Assembly: GCA_026162565.1 (NCBI GenBank)
Contig: JAOEIQ010000005.1
Location: forward strand, 226,624 to 258,623
Reading direction: 5' to 3'
DNA length: 32,000 bases
Source: Flavobacteriaceae bacterium NBU2973
GTDB taxonomy: Bacteria; Bacteroidota; Bacteroidia; Flavobacteriales; Flavobacteriaceae
Shown here: positions 23,229 through 32,000 of the stretch, one piece after another
How positions within the stretch are numbered: position 1 is the stretch's first letter
Layout of the letters: every line of letters begins with the position of its first letter
Translations under genes and position numbers: made by a program
Notes under the pieces: generated by a model
What the model saw: the letters and a program-made list of their open reading frames with translations, nothing else
What the model was told of the DNA's origin: nothing
The model's database searches: none

Positions 23229-24184
23229 ATATCATTTAACAGCTTTGTAATCTCATCTAACTTTGGTGTTAGAATAACTTCTATACGTCTATTTTTAGCT
23301 CTACCTTCTGAGGTGTCATTAGTAGCAATTGGAGCATGTTCTCCACGTCCAGCTGCTGTTAAATTCTCTGCTTTTATATTAGAATTGCTTTGCAATATAT
23401 TAACTATAGCTGTTGCTCTTTTAGTAGATAAATCCCAATTTCCAGACAATTGAGCATTCCCATTGTAAGGCACATTATCTGTATGACCTTCTATTAAAAT
23501 AGCTATTTCTGGATTTTCTGCCAATACACTTCCTAGCTGCTCTACAGCTCTTCTTCCCTCGCTTCCTACAGCCCAACTACCAGATTGAAATAACAATTTA
23601 TTTTCCATAGAAACATATACTTTTCCATCTCGTTGTTCAACTGTAAGACCCTTACCTTCAAAATCTGTTAAAGCTCTGGAAATGGCATCTTTTAAATTAC
23701 GCATTGCTGCATCTTTAGAAGCTATTACACTCTCTAATTCTGCCACTCGTTGAGATCGTGCATCTAATTCCTTTTTTAGTGTATTTAGCCTCTGGTTTTC
23801 TGTGGCTAGTGCTTGTTCTTTAGCTTCAAGTTGCGCTAACAATTCACGATTTTTTTTAGAATTTTCGGCTAAAGCAGCAGAACTATTAGCTTCAAGCGCA
23901 TCATAAGACGCTTTTAAGTTATCATAGCTTGCTTTAGTAGCATTATAATCGCTTTGCAATTTATCACGACTAGAAACGGCATCATCATATAGTTTCTGGA
24001 GCTTGCTTAAGTCGTTTTCAACTTTTGTTTTAGCACTTAAAAGTGTTTCATTTTCATCTTGAAGGCTTCTATTTTCATTTTTTAGTTTGTTGTACTTACC
24101 TTCAAGTTCCTTATAAACTTTTGGCGATACACATGAGGTAGCAAATGCTATAACTAATAGTATTATTGATGTTTTTTTTATCAT
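23225..24184 (-). CDS. OmpA-family peptidoglycan-binding lipoprotein with long N-terminal coiled coil
   Basis: 319 aa. Lipobox ATSC, heptad-rich residues 25-165, and a C-terminal OmpA_C domain (EGHTDNVPY..NWDLSTKRATAIVN..NRRIEVIL). Confidence 0.88.
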   Translation of the reverse strand: MIKKTSIILLVIAFATSCVSPKVYKELEGKYNKLKNENRSLQDENETLLSAKTKVENDLSKLQKLYDDAVSSRDKLQSDYNATKASYDNLKASYDALEANSSAALAENSKKNRELLAQLEAKEQALATENQRLNTLKKELDARSQRVAELESVIASKDAAMRNLKDAISRALTDFEGKGLTVEQRDGKVYVSMENKLLFQSGSWAVGSEGRRAVEQLGSVLAENPEIAILIEGHTDNVPYNGNAQLSGNWDLSTKRATAIVNILQSNSNIKAENLTAAGRGEHAPIATNDTSEGRAKNRRIEVILTPKLDEITKLLNDI

Positions 24185-24193
24185 TGTAATTGT

Positions 24194-24952
24194 TTATTCT
24201 ATTTCTACTAAAATTGGACAGTGGTCACTGTGTACTGCCTCTGTAAGTATGACGCTTCTTTTAATATGTTGTTTCAAAGGTTCTGCAACCATAGCATAAT
24301 CTAAACGCCAACCTTTGTTATTTGCTCTTGAATTTGCTCTATAACTCCACCAAGAATAGGTTTGAGAATCAGGATTTAAAAAACGAAATGAATCTATAAA
24401 ACCAGAATCTATAAATCCTCCTAGCCACTCACGTTCTTCTGGTAAAAATCCTGATACATTTTTCATTTTAGGGTTATGTATATCTATCTCTTCATGACAA
24501 ATATTATAATCGCCACAGACTACTAGATTAGGAATAGTTTTTCTTAAAGACGTTAAATAGTCTTGGATTTCATCCATGTATTTAAACTTAAATTCTAATC
24601 GTTCTATATTAGTACCAGAAGGTAAATACATACTCATAATAGACACATCATCATAATCAACACGAAGGTTGCGTCCTTCAAAATCCATATAATCTATTCC
24701 TGTTCCATATTCTACATGGTTAGGCTCTTGCTTACATAAAATAGCAACACCACTATATCCTTTTTTTTGTGCACTAAACCAATAATTATAAGTATATCCA
24801 GCTTCTTCAAAAACTGAAATATCTAATTGCTCTTCTTGAGCTTTAATCTCTTGTAAACAAATAACATCTGCATTGGCAGATTTTAACCAATCTATAAAGC
24901 CTTTATTTAATGCTGCTCTAATACCATTTACATTGTATGAAATTATTTTCAT
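24194..24952 (-). CDS. xth: Exodeoxyribonuclease III
   Basis: 252 aa. MKIISYNVNGIRA..DVICLQEIK..CGDYNICH..SDHCPILVEI. Confidence 0.95.
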   Translation of the reverse strand: MKIISYNVNGIRAALNKGFIDWLKSANADVICLQEIKAQEEQLDISVFEEAGYTYNYWFSAQKKGYSGVAILCKQEPNHVEYGTGIDYMDFEGRNLRVDYDDVSIMSMYLPSGTNIERLEFKFKYMDEIQDYLTSLRKTIPNLVVCGDYNICHEEIDIHNPKMKNVSGFLPEEREWLGGFIDSGFIDSFRFLNPDSQTYSWWSYRANSRANNKGWRLDYAMVAEPLKQHIKRSVILTEAVHSDHCPILVEIE

Positions 24953-25075
24953 ATAGAATACTTGTAGAATTTTAGCTAAAATAAATAATGCAGTACTTTT
25001 ACACTATAAATTTAAAGCAGTTTTAACGTATAATATTAACAAAATATTTTACACTGTTTTAAGTTTAAGTACTAG

Positions 25076-28000
25076 ATGAAATTTTTACTAGCTATTTTTA
25101 TTTTTCTATTTGGTTTTCTTGCTTTAGCTCAAGATCAAAACCCTAATTATATAACTAAAAAAGTAGTTGTAAAAGACACCATTAAAATTGATAGTGTTAG
25201 TATTAACTCTAAAGACTTCAAAGTTATCGATACTAATGGTAGAACTATCGATTCTTCGTCTTACTCTGTAGATTACCCAAAAGCCATTATAACTTTCACT
25301 AGTCCAATTAAAAGTGATTCTATATCAATTTCTTATTTACGGTTTCCAAAATTCCTAACTAAAACCTACCAGCAACTTGATGATGAAGTAGTAATAACTG
25401 ATACAGATAATCTTCAACGCATTTTTAAACTCAAACAATCTAATGTAAAAAATAGATTTACGCCTTTTGATGGCTTAACAACTTCTGGAAGTATTTCTCG
25501 TGGAGTCACAATTGGTAATAACCAGAATTCTGTTTTAAATAGTGAGCTTGATTTACAGATAACAGGAAAATTAAATGACAAAGTTTCTTTACGAGCATCT
25601 ATTCAAGATGCAAATATTCCGTTACAAGAAAGTGGTTATTCGCAGAGATTAGATGAGTTTGACCAAGTTTTTATAGAATTATTTAGTGATCGTTGGAATG
25701 TGCGTGCTGGTGATATAGATTTACAAGATAATAATTCGTATTTCTCGCAGTTTAACAAACGTGTTCAAGGACTGTCTTTGAATCTTAATTTTGGACAAGA
25801 AGAAGCTAAAACGCAAGCATTTGCAGCTGGAGCTTTGGTTAGAGGTCAATTTACAACCAGTCAATTTACTGCTCAAGAGGGTAATCAAGGTCCTTATAAA
25901 TTACAAGGAAATAATGGCGAATTGTTTGTACTCATTGTCTCTGGTAGTGAAACTGTATATGTAAATGGTGTTCCAGTAGTACGTGGAGAGAATGAGGACT
26001 ATATTATAGATTATAATGCTGGCGAGATCATTTTTAATTCGACTTTTCCTATTACTTCAGAAATGCGAATAACAGTAGATTATCAATTTAGTGACAGAAA
26101 CTATTCGCGTTTTATTGCTTATGGAGGTGCAACTCATGAGAGTGAAAAACTTAAGGTTGGTGTCTCTATCTATTCTGAAAACGATGCGAAAAACCAACCT
26201 TTACAGCAAAATTTATCAACTGAACAAGTATCAATTCTTGCAGATGCAGGAGATGATAGAACCAACATGGTTGCACCTTCAGCTGTATCAGAAAGTTTTA
26301 GCGAAAACAGAATTTTATATAGAAAAGAATTTGCAGGTACAGAAGAAATATTTGTGTTTTCAAACGATCCTGAAGATGAGTTATTTAGCGTTCGTTTTTC
26401 TAATGTCGGCACTAATAATGGTAATTATAGAGTAAAGCAACTCATAAATGATGATACTGGAGAGCTAGTAAATGCCATTGCAACTATCTATGAGTATATT
26501 GCTCCAGAGAATGGTATTCCTCAAGGTAATTTTGAACCTGTTATTCAACTTATAGCGCCTACAAAACTACAACTAGCAGTAGTAAATGGATCATACAAAC
26601 CAACAGAAAAAACACAAATCAATTTTGAAATAGCAGGAAGTAGAAATGACCTCAACTTATTTTCTAGTTTAGATGATAGTGATAATGATGGTTTAGCGGG
26701 TAAACTTAAAGTGAATCAACAAATCATAAAAAATGATAGTCTATGGAATTTAAATGGGTTTGTTGATACCGATTTTATTCAAGAAAATTTCAGAAATATT
26801 GAAGGCCTATATAATCCTGAATTTAATAGAGATTGGAATTTAGAAGCTCAACCAACAGCTAATCAAATACTAAATGATTTTGGTAATCAGTTACTACTAA
26901 CCTCTGGGTTACAATTACAACACTCTAAAAAAGGACTTGCTAATTATACTTTTGAACATCTCAATTACTCTGGAAATTTTAATGGTAATCGCCATTCAAT
27001 TTTTGCTAATCTTATTTTAAATAAGCTTTCAATTTTTTCTAATTCAAGCTTTCTCAAAGCTGAATCCAACACAAACAGTTCTACTTTTTTAAGATCTTTC
27101 AACAGGCTCACTTATAATTTTAATAAATCTTGGGTTGGAGCCAAGCTAGCTATTGAGGATAATGAGCAAATTGAAACCCAGACCCAAGCCTTAACGCCTT
27201 TAAGTCAAAAGTTTTCATCATACGAGATATTTACTGGAATTGGAGATAGCACAAGGGTATTTGCACAAATAGGATATAAAAATCGTGTGAATGATAGTAT
27301 TAGAAATAACCGATTAGAAACAGTTAATACATCTAATACTTACTATTTAGACACAAGATTAATCCAAAATACTAATAGTAATTTATCACTTTATGTGAAT
27401 TTTAGAAAGTTAAATAATAAAGAGGACACTATAGAAGATGAGCAGTCTCTGAACTCTAGATTGCAATACAATCAAAAATTATTCGACCAGATTATAAACT
27501 GGAACACGATTTACGAGACTAATTCAGGTACGTTACCTCGCCAAGATTTTACTTATGTAGAAGTGGAACCAGGACAAGGAGCTTATACATGGATAGATTA
27601 TAATGAGAATGGCATTCAAGAATTAGAAGAATTTGAAACTGCCCCATTTCAAGACCAAGGAAATTTTATTCGTGTGCTTCTCCCTAATCAAGTTTTCTTA
27701 AAGACTCACCAAAATAGACTAAGCCAAACAGTTACCTTAAATATGCAAAAATGGTCAGGAAGTAATTCTAAAACCAAAAAGTTTTGGTCTCATTTTTATA
27801 ATCAAGCTTCCTATTTGCTGGATAGAAAAGAGTTAAGAACTGGAAATAATTTTAATTTAAACCCTTTTAAAAATGATGATGAGAATCAATTAGCACTTCA
27901 ATTAAATTTTAGAAACTTGTTAATTTATAATAGAGGAAAACAACGCTATACAACATCATACACTTACTTAAACAATAAATCGCGTAACGAATTATCTTTT

Positions 28001-28540
28001 GGTTTTATAGAGAACAATCTCGAAAGCCACCAAATACGATTTCTACACAAGTTTGCTATAAGTTGGTTGATAGATTTTCAATCCATATTTGAAAATACTG
28101 AAAGTATTAGTGAGAATTTTTTAAGTAAGAATTTTAATATCGATGATTATACTATTAATCCAAAACTTTCGTATTTATTAAATGATAATACCAGATTTGA
28201 TGTGTTTTATCAGTTTTCCAATCAAGAAAATACTATTGGCGAAAAAGAAACACTCTTGCAACAGCGTTATGGTACTTCTTTCACTTTTAATAAAAATGAA
28301 AAAGCAGCTATAACTGGAGAATTTAATTATTTTTCTAATGATTTTGAAGGAAATGCCAATGCTCCTGTTGGTTACCAAATGATGCAAGGTTTACAACCCG
28401 GAAAAAACTTTACTTGGAGTTTAATTGCTCAAAAGAAGCTTACAAAATTTTTGGATTTAAACCTTAATTATTTAGGAAGAAAAAGTGAAACAAGTAGAGT
28501 CATACACACAGGAAATATCCAATTACGTGCTTACTTCTAA
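25076..28540 (+). CDS. Large (1154 aa) uncharacterised predicted outer-membrane beta-barrel protein
   Basis: Cleavable signal peptide (FGFLALAQ-DQ), an N-terminal soluble-looking region, then N/S/T/Y-rich alternating beta-strand patterns. The C-terminus ends in IQLRAYF (aromatic terminal residue typical of BAM substrates). I recognise no catalytic motif. Confidence 0.5.
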   Translation: MKFLLAIFIFLFGFLALAQDQNPNYITKKVVVKDTIKIDSVSINSKDFKVIDTNGRTIDSSSYSVDYPKAIITFTSPIKSDSISISYLRFPKFLTKTYQQLDDEVVITDTDNLQRIFKLKQSNVKNRFTPFDGLTTSGSISRGVTIGNNQNSVLNSELDLQITGKLNDKVSLRASIQDANIPLQESGYSQRLDEFDQVFIELFSDRWNVRAGDIDLQDNNSYFSQFNKRVQGLSLNLNFGQEEAKTQAFAAGALVRGQFTTSQFTAQEGNQGPYKLQGNNGELFVLIVSGSETVYVNGVPVVRGENEDYIIDYNAGEIIFNSTFPITSEMRITVDYQFSDRNYSRFIAYGGATHESEKLKVGVSIYSENDAKNQPLQQNLSTEQVSILADAGDDRTNMVAPSAVSESFSENRILYRKEFAGTEEIFVFSNDPEDELFSVRFSNVGTNNGNYRVKQLINDDTGELVNAIATIYEYIAPENGIPQGNFEPVIQLIAPTKLQLAVVNGSYKPTEKTQINFEIAGSRNDLNLFSSLDDSDNDGLAGKLKVNQQIIKNDSLWNLNGFVDTDFIQENFRNIEGLYNPEFNRDWNLEAQPTANQILNDFGNQLLLTSGLQLQHSKKGLANYTFEHLNYSGNFNGNRHSIFANLILNKLSIFSNSSFLKAESNTNSSTFLRSFNRLTYNFNKSWVGAKLAIEDNEQIETQTQALTPLSQKFSSYEIFTGIGDSTRVFAQIGYKNRVNDSIRNNRLETVNTSNTYYLDTRLIQNTNSNLSLYVNFRKLNNKEDTIEDEQSLNSRLQYNQKLFDQIINWNTIYETNSGTLPRQDFTYVEVEPGQGAYTWIDYNENGIQELEEFETAPFQDQGNFIRVLLPNQVFLKTHQNRLSQTVTLNMQKWSGSNSKTKKFWSHFYNQASYLLDRKELRTGNNFNLNPFKNDDENQLALQLNFRNLLIYNRGKQRYTTSYTYLNNKSRNELSFGFIENNLESHQIRFLHKFAISWLIDFQSIFENTESISENFLSKNFNIDDYTINPKLSYLLNDNTRFDVFYQFSNQENTIGEKETLLQQRYGTSFTFNKNEKAAITGEFNYFSNDFEGNANAPVGYQMMQGLQPGKNFTWSLIAQKKLTKFLDLNLNYLGRKSETSRVIHTGNIQLRAYF

Positions 28541-28587
28541 AAACGAGGCACATTTTTTGTAAATTGTGTTTTTATAAACCGATTATT

Positions 28588-28980
28588 ATGAATTTATTAT
28601 TAAAAATATCAGCCTTGAGTTTACTATCTCTAGTATTGTCATGCAACTCTGCAAAAAATGCGGTAAAAGATACAAAACTTAATGATACAACCAATGAAGT
28701 GAATCAAGAGCAAATGAAAGCTATGGATACAAAAATGGAAAGTGAAGGTTTTTCTCAAGGAACAGTTATGTATATAAAAAATAGTGATTGTCCTTATATT
28801 ATTGTTGATGATAAATCTGGTGTCAAATTTGATCCTATTAATTTTGATAATAAAGAGTATGAAAGTTTAAAAAATGATAATGAAAAAATTTATTATAAAT
28901 GTCGTTTTTTAAGAATGAAAAACCGTTGTAACGATGCGCAACCAATTGAGATTGAAATCATAAAAAAAAGAGAAGGATAA
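28588..28980 (+). CDS. Small hypothetical lipoprotein
   Basis: 130 aa from ATG 28588 (MNLLLKISALSLLSLVLSCNS, lipobox). The ORF-track TTG start at 28564 is less plausible. It lies 47 nt downstream of the barrel gene. Confidence 0.6.
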   Translation: MNLLLKISALSLLSLVLSCNSAKNAVKDTKLNDTTNEVNQEQMKAMDTKMESEGFSQGTVMYIKNSDCPYIIVDDKSGVKFDPINFDNKEYESLKNDNEKIYYKCRFLRMKNRCNDAQPIEIEIIKKREG

Positions 28981-28999
28981 ACCTTCTCTTTTTTTTTTA
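28962..28999. terminator. Bidirectional intrinsic terminator between convergent genes
   Basis: A8-agagaagg-ataaa-ccttctct-T10. Perfect 8-bp stem with symmetrical A and T runs. Confidence 0.85.
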
Positions 29000-29017
29000 T
29001 ATATTAAATACTAATTG

Positions 29018-32000
29018 TTATTCTACAATTATTCGTCTAACATTTCCGGCTTCATTATTACCTACTCTCACTAGGTATACTCCTGAAGACACATACGACA
29101 TGTCAAGATCGTACTCATATCCTTGACCTGTTCTGTTTTCAATAGGACTGTAAGATAATATTTGCCCAGAAACATTATAAACTGTTATAGATAATCTATC
29201 TGTTAATGTTGTTGTTGGTAATTTAACTTTATACTGATCATTACCTTCATGTATAATAATTAAATCTTCATTTACAATATTTTCACCTATAGATAAGAAA
29301 TCATCAGAACATAACTGTAAAGTCCAGTTTAAAAGTTCTCCTCCATCTTGGTTAGCATCATCAGAAACAGTTAATGTCCAATCGCCTGCAGATTGTTCCA
29401 TATTAAAATCTGCTAAACTACCTTCTGGTTGGAAACTTCCAGTAAAAGGTGCTGAAGCACCAACAATTGTGTCTGCAGCATCATCGTCAAATACAGTATT
29501 TGTATAATTATCACCATTCCCTCCGTTATCAGAAGTAAGTTCTACTACAGTTCCGTTAGGCGAAGTTAAAGTAATATCTAAATCTGAAGCCCAAGTATGA
29601 TTAATATTTAATGTTAGGTTTACATCATTAATTAAATAGTCATCTGCTATAGTTATTACCGAAGTAATTGTTGGCGTTCCACTTTCAGAAATAGCTATAG
29701 GTGTATCAGTAGACATTGTACTTTCACAAGCTACATTAGATACAGTTGTTGAAAACGTATCATTTGCTGGATCAGCATCTCCAGCTAACAAAGTACTTGA
29801 AGATATTGTGTAATCACCTATATTACTTAAATCTGCTGTAGTCATAAAAGAGTAAGAAATAGTTTCTCCTCCTGCTACTGATGCAGCAACATTCTCTACT
29901 ACTGGAGTACCACCGTCAACTATATAATTTACGTCAAATCCAGATTGCGCAGCAGTACCAAAATTTTGAATTGTAATTGTAACCGTTTCATTTCCTAATC
30001 CATCTCCTGAAGTTGGAGAGGTAATATCAACAACACCAATATCGTTTGCAGCTATATTTTTTACGTAACAAACAGTAAAGTCATTTCCTGTATCTTCATC
30101 ACCTGTCATATTAGTTTCAGCATGGATAAAGTATGTACCAGGAGCAGACATATCAGCAGTTGTAGCAAAAGTGAATGTTTCAAAAGCACCAGCGGCAATT
30201 GTTCCTGTAAATGTTTCTGCAACCACTGCGCCTCCATCAATTTGATAAGCAACTTCAAAATTAGAAGCTGAAGAGGATCCATAATTAAAAAGGCTTACTG
30301 AAATAACTTGATCATTAGTAAAAGTACCTTCATCAGCAGGACTATTATAAGCAACAACTCCCACATCGTTAGTTTTATCTGTAGCTATTTGGAAAACTCC
30401 AGCGAAATTTTTTCTGCCACCATTCATAACTTCATTAACAAACCAAAAATCTTTATCATTAGCTGGGTCAATATCCATCTTACTATAATCTCCATATCTA
30501 GTTCCAGGGATGTTAGCATTACCTTCAATAATTATTTCTTCTGAAAGATTCATTAAACCAGGATTTGTATCACCTGTACCAGCAGTTTGTCCAGTGTAAA
30601 CAGAACTGACTCTAACATCTCCACCTCCAAAAACAGGATCATTACCAGCTGTTCCAGTGCTATTTGCACTCGTCATTGTTGAATAACCCATTCCTATATT
30701 TCCTTCACTATCCATAATCATACTAGCATTCCAAGCATGCCTATTATCTGGAGCAGTATAAGTACCCTCTTGATAGATTGACCATGGCTGACCATCGCCA
30801 TCCTGGCGAATCTCATACCATCTAATTCCAGCTTGACTAGTTGCAGATCCATCTACATCAACCACAAAATTAAAAATACCCGAATTGTATGTTTGAAATT
30901 TTCTAAATTGAGCTTGGTTCATAATTATTGCTTGTAAAGCATCTATAAGAGCACCTCCATTTGGTTGCGCCAAGTTTGCAAAAGATCCTCCATTAAAAAC
31001 GGAAGTAAAAGGTGTTACAGTACCTGTTCCAGCATCTATACCTAATTGTGTTGCAGCTGATACAACTGAATTGGCTGGGTTATCCCAGTCAACAGTACAA
31101 GTCCATAATTTAATGTGATCTTGTGTTATACCACCTCCATAAGCATCGTCTTGTAAAAACACAATTGGACAGTTTCCTATATTAGGGAAATTATTGTCAG
31201 ATATATTGAATGCTTGAGGACTATGAAAACCACTTGTAACCATTCCTGGTAAAGCAAATGATTGAATAGCAGCATTAGGCTCTCCAGCTAACATAGCTTC
31301 TCTGTCAAAAACATGTAATTTTTGAGCTGAACCTGTATTCTCTGTTAAATAATACCCATCACTCCAAACAGATAATTTATTATAGTCATTAACGATAGTG
31401 TATAAATAAGTTGTCCATCCATCATTAACAGGGTCAGGGCCATTAGATACAGCTATTTGCGCACCACCTCCTAAAAAGGATAACACCCAACGATCAGCTC
31501 TATTGTCATAAGAAACTGTTAAATCACAACATCCTCCATTTGGGAATATTGTTGGATTTGGAGCAAGAAGTCCTGTTAAAGGGTTACCACTTTTATCAAA
31601 AATTCTAAAAGCAGTATTTGTCACAGCAATGTAATGGTTTGGACCAACACCTCCAGCAGGGTCAGTTGGTTGAGAATTAGAAGCAGCAGTTTCGAATACT
31701 AAACTTGGTGTTCTAGATTGCACGCTATTTTTTAAAGGGTGTGATTCTTTTGCTAAAACATCATCACCTTTAGAACCTTTTCCAGGTACTATGTGATATT
31801 TTGCAGATCTTCCATCGACCATTTCTTCAGTTTTCGATAATAAATCAACTGGTTGTAAAACTCCCATTCTGGAAGCGATAGAAGGCACCTTTACTACTCT
31901 ATCTGGCTTACCTATATAATGAGGCTTTTGAGGTTTATTTTCAATTGTTTGGGCGAATAATGCACTAGTTCCTAAAAATAGAAAGCACATTATTAATACA
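29018..32000 (-). CDS. T9SS-secreted multidomain protein: uncharacterised ~540-aa N-terminal domain + 2 CARDB-like domains + proprotein-convertase P-domain + Por/T9SS C-terminal sorting domain (N-terminal signal peptide truncated by window edge)
   Basis: The frame stays open upstream of the ORF-track Met (..VLIMCFLFLGTSALFAQ). P-domain: NINHTWASDLDITLTSPNGTVVELTS..TVFDD..GDWTLTVSD..LLNWTLQLC. CTD: ITVYNVSGQIL..SSGVYLVRVGN..RRIIVE. Confidence 0.8.
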   Translation of the reverse strand, partial: VLIMCFLFLGTSALFAQTIENKPQKPHYIGKPDRVVKVPSIASRMGVLQPVDLLSKTEEMVDGRSAKYHIVPGKGSKGDDVLAKESHPLKNSVQSRTPSLVFETAASNSQPTDPAGGVGPNHYIAVTNTAFRIFDKSGNPLTGLLAPNPTIFPNGGCCDLTVSYDNRADRWVLSFLGGGAQIAVSNGPDPVNDGWTTYLYTIVNDYNKLSVWSDGYYLTENTGSAQKLHVFDREAMLAGEPNAAIQSFALPGMVTSGFHSPQAFNISDNNFPNIGNCPIVFLQDDAYGGGITQDHIKLWTCTVDWDNPANSVVSAATQLGIDAGTGTVTPFTSVFNGGSFANLAQPNGGALIDALQAIIMNQAQFRKFQTYNSGIFNFVVDVDGSATSQAGIRWYEIRQDGDGQPWSIYQEGTYTAPDNRHAWNASMIMDSEGNIGMGYSTMTSANSTGTAGNDPVFGGGDVRVSSVYTGQTAGTGDTNPGLMNLSEEIIIEGNANIPGTRYGDYSKMDIDPANDKDFWFVNEVMNGGRKNFAGVFQIATDKTNDVGVVAYNSPADEGTFTNDQVISVSLFNYGSSSASNFEVAYQIDGGAVVAETFTGTIAAGAFETFTFATTADMSAPGTYFIHAETNMTGDEDTGNDFTVCYVKNIAANDIGVVDITSPTSGDGLGNETVTITIQNFGTAAQSGFDVNYIVDGGTPVVENVAASVAGGETISYSFMTTADLSNIGDYTISSSTLLAGDADPANDTFSTTVSNVACESTMSTDTPIAISESGTPTITSVITIADDYLINDVNLTLNINHTWASDLDITLTSPNGTVVELTSDNGGNGDNYTNTVFDDDAADTIVGASAPFTGSFQPEGSLADFNMEQSAGDWTLTVSDDANQDGGELLNWTLQLCSDDFLSIGENIVNEDLIIIHEGNDQYKVKLPTTTLTDRLSITVYNVSGQILSYSPIENRTGQGYEYDLDMSYVSSGVYLVRVGNNEAGNVRRIIVE
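29753..30370 (-). repeat. Tandem pair of CARDB-like Ig-fold domain repeats inside the T9SS protein gene
   Basis: NDVGVVAYNSP..FEVAYQIDGG..TTADMSAPGTYFI..GDEDTGNDF aligns with NDIGVVDITSP..FDVNYIVDGG..TTADLSNIGDYTI..GDADPANDTF. Confidence 0.6.

Noticed and set aside
26091-26435. 114-aa plus-strand and 80-aa minus-strand ORFs inside the 1154-aa gene
   Set aside because: They are alternative-frame and antisense ORFs within one long uninterrupted frame, and they have no start context or motifs.
28178-28387. 69-aa minus-strand ORF
   Set aside because: It is antisense to the C-terminal barrel region of the 1154-aa gene.
30308-30544. 78-aa plus-strand ORF
   Set aside because: It is antisense to the T9SS protein gene.
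1-32000. Window-wide search for a mobile element, prophage, CRISPR array, defence island, or tRNA/rRNA gene
   Set aside because: There are no direct-repeat arrays, no transposase/integrase/recombinase-like ORFs and no tRNA-like T-arm/acceptor patterns outside coding frames. There is no obvious compositional break, and gene content is housekeeping throughout.

Overview
This is an AT-rich, gene-dense chromosomal segment with about 33 protein genes and very short intergenic spacers. It looks like core genome of a Flavobacteriia/Flavobacteriaceae member (Bacteroidota). Supporting this: gliding-motility genes gldE-gldD, a protein with a T9SS C-terminal sorting domain, a TonB-dependent receptor, TAnnTTTG-type -7 promoter boxes, and no Shine-Dalgarno sequences before start codons.

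Gene order:
- RNase E/G (partial), a 30-aa basic micro-ORF, and HU, all on the minus strand.
- mutY, ssb, gldE, gldD on the plus strand.
- An HMA-domain lipoprotein, an EamA transporter, and a pair of M16 peptidases.
- rplU (with a long C-terminal extension) and rpmA.
- A DinB/DUF1569 protein, a DUF3052 protein, and ahcY.
- An Sfp-type PPTase overlapping a PcrB-like GGGP synthase.
- A tightly overlapping five-gene block: YkoF-like, PnuC, NadR-type kinase domain, DUF4301, ArfB.
- A TPP riboswitch followed by a TonB-dependent receptor.
- A small lipoprotein, greA, a HIT protein, xth with an OmpA-family protein.
- An 1154-aa predicted outer-membrane barrel, a small lipoprotein, and a large T9SS-secreted multidomain protein (partial).

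I saw no rRNA or tRNA genes, CRISPR arrays, transposases, integrases, phage genes or recognisable defence genes. This is a housekeeping region, not an accessory island, and I do not see convincing evidence of a new system.

The observations most worth a second look are:
- The YkoF-like/PnuC/kinase/DUF4301 operon. DUF4301 carries UDP-sugar-pyrophosphorylase-like motifs and sits beside a TPP-riboswitch receptor.
- Terminator-like hairpins inside the greA leader.
- The unlisted 30-aa bS22-like ORF.
- The HhH-type extension on L21.
- A covarying intergenic hairpin family.
- Two large uncharacterised envelope or secreted proteins.
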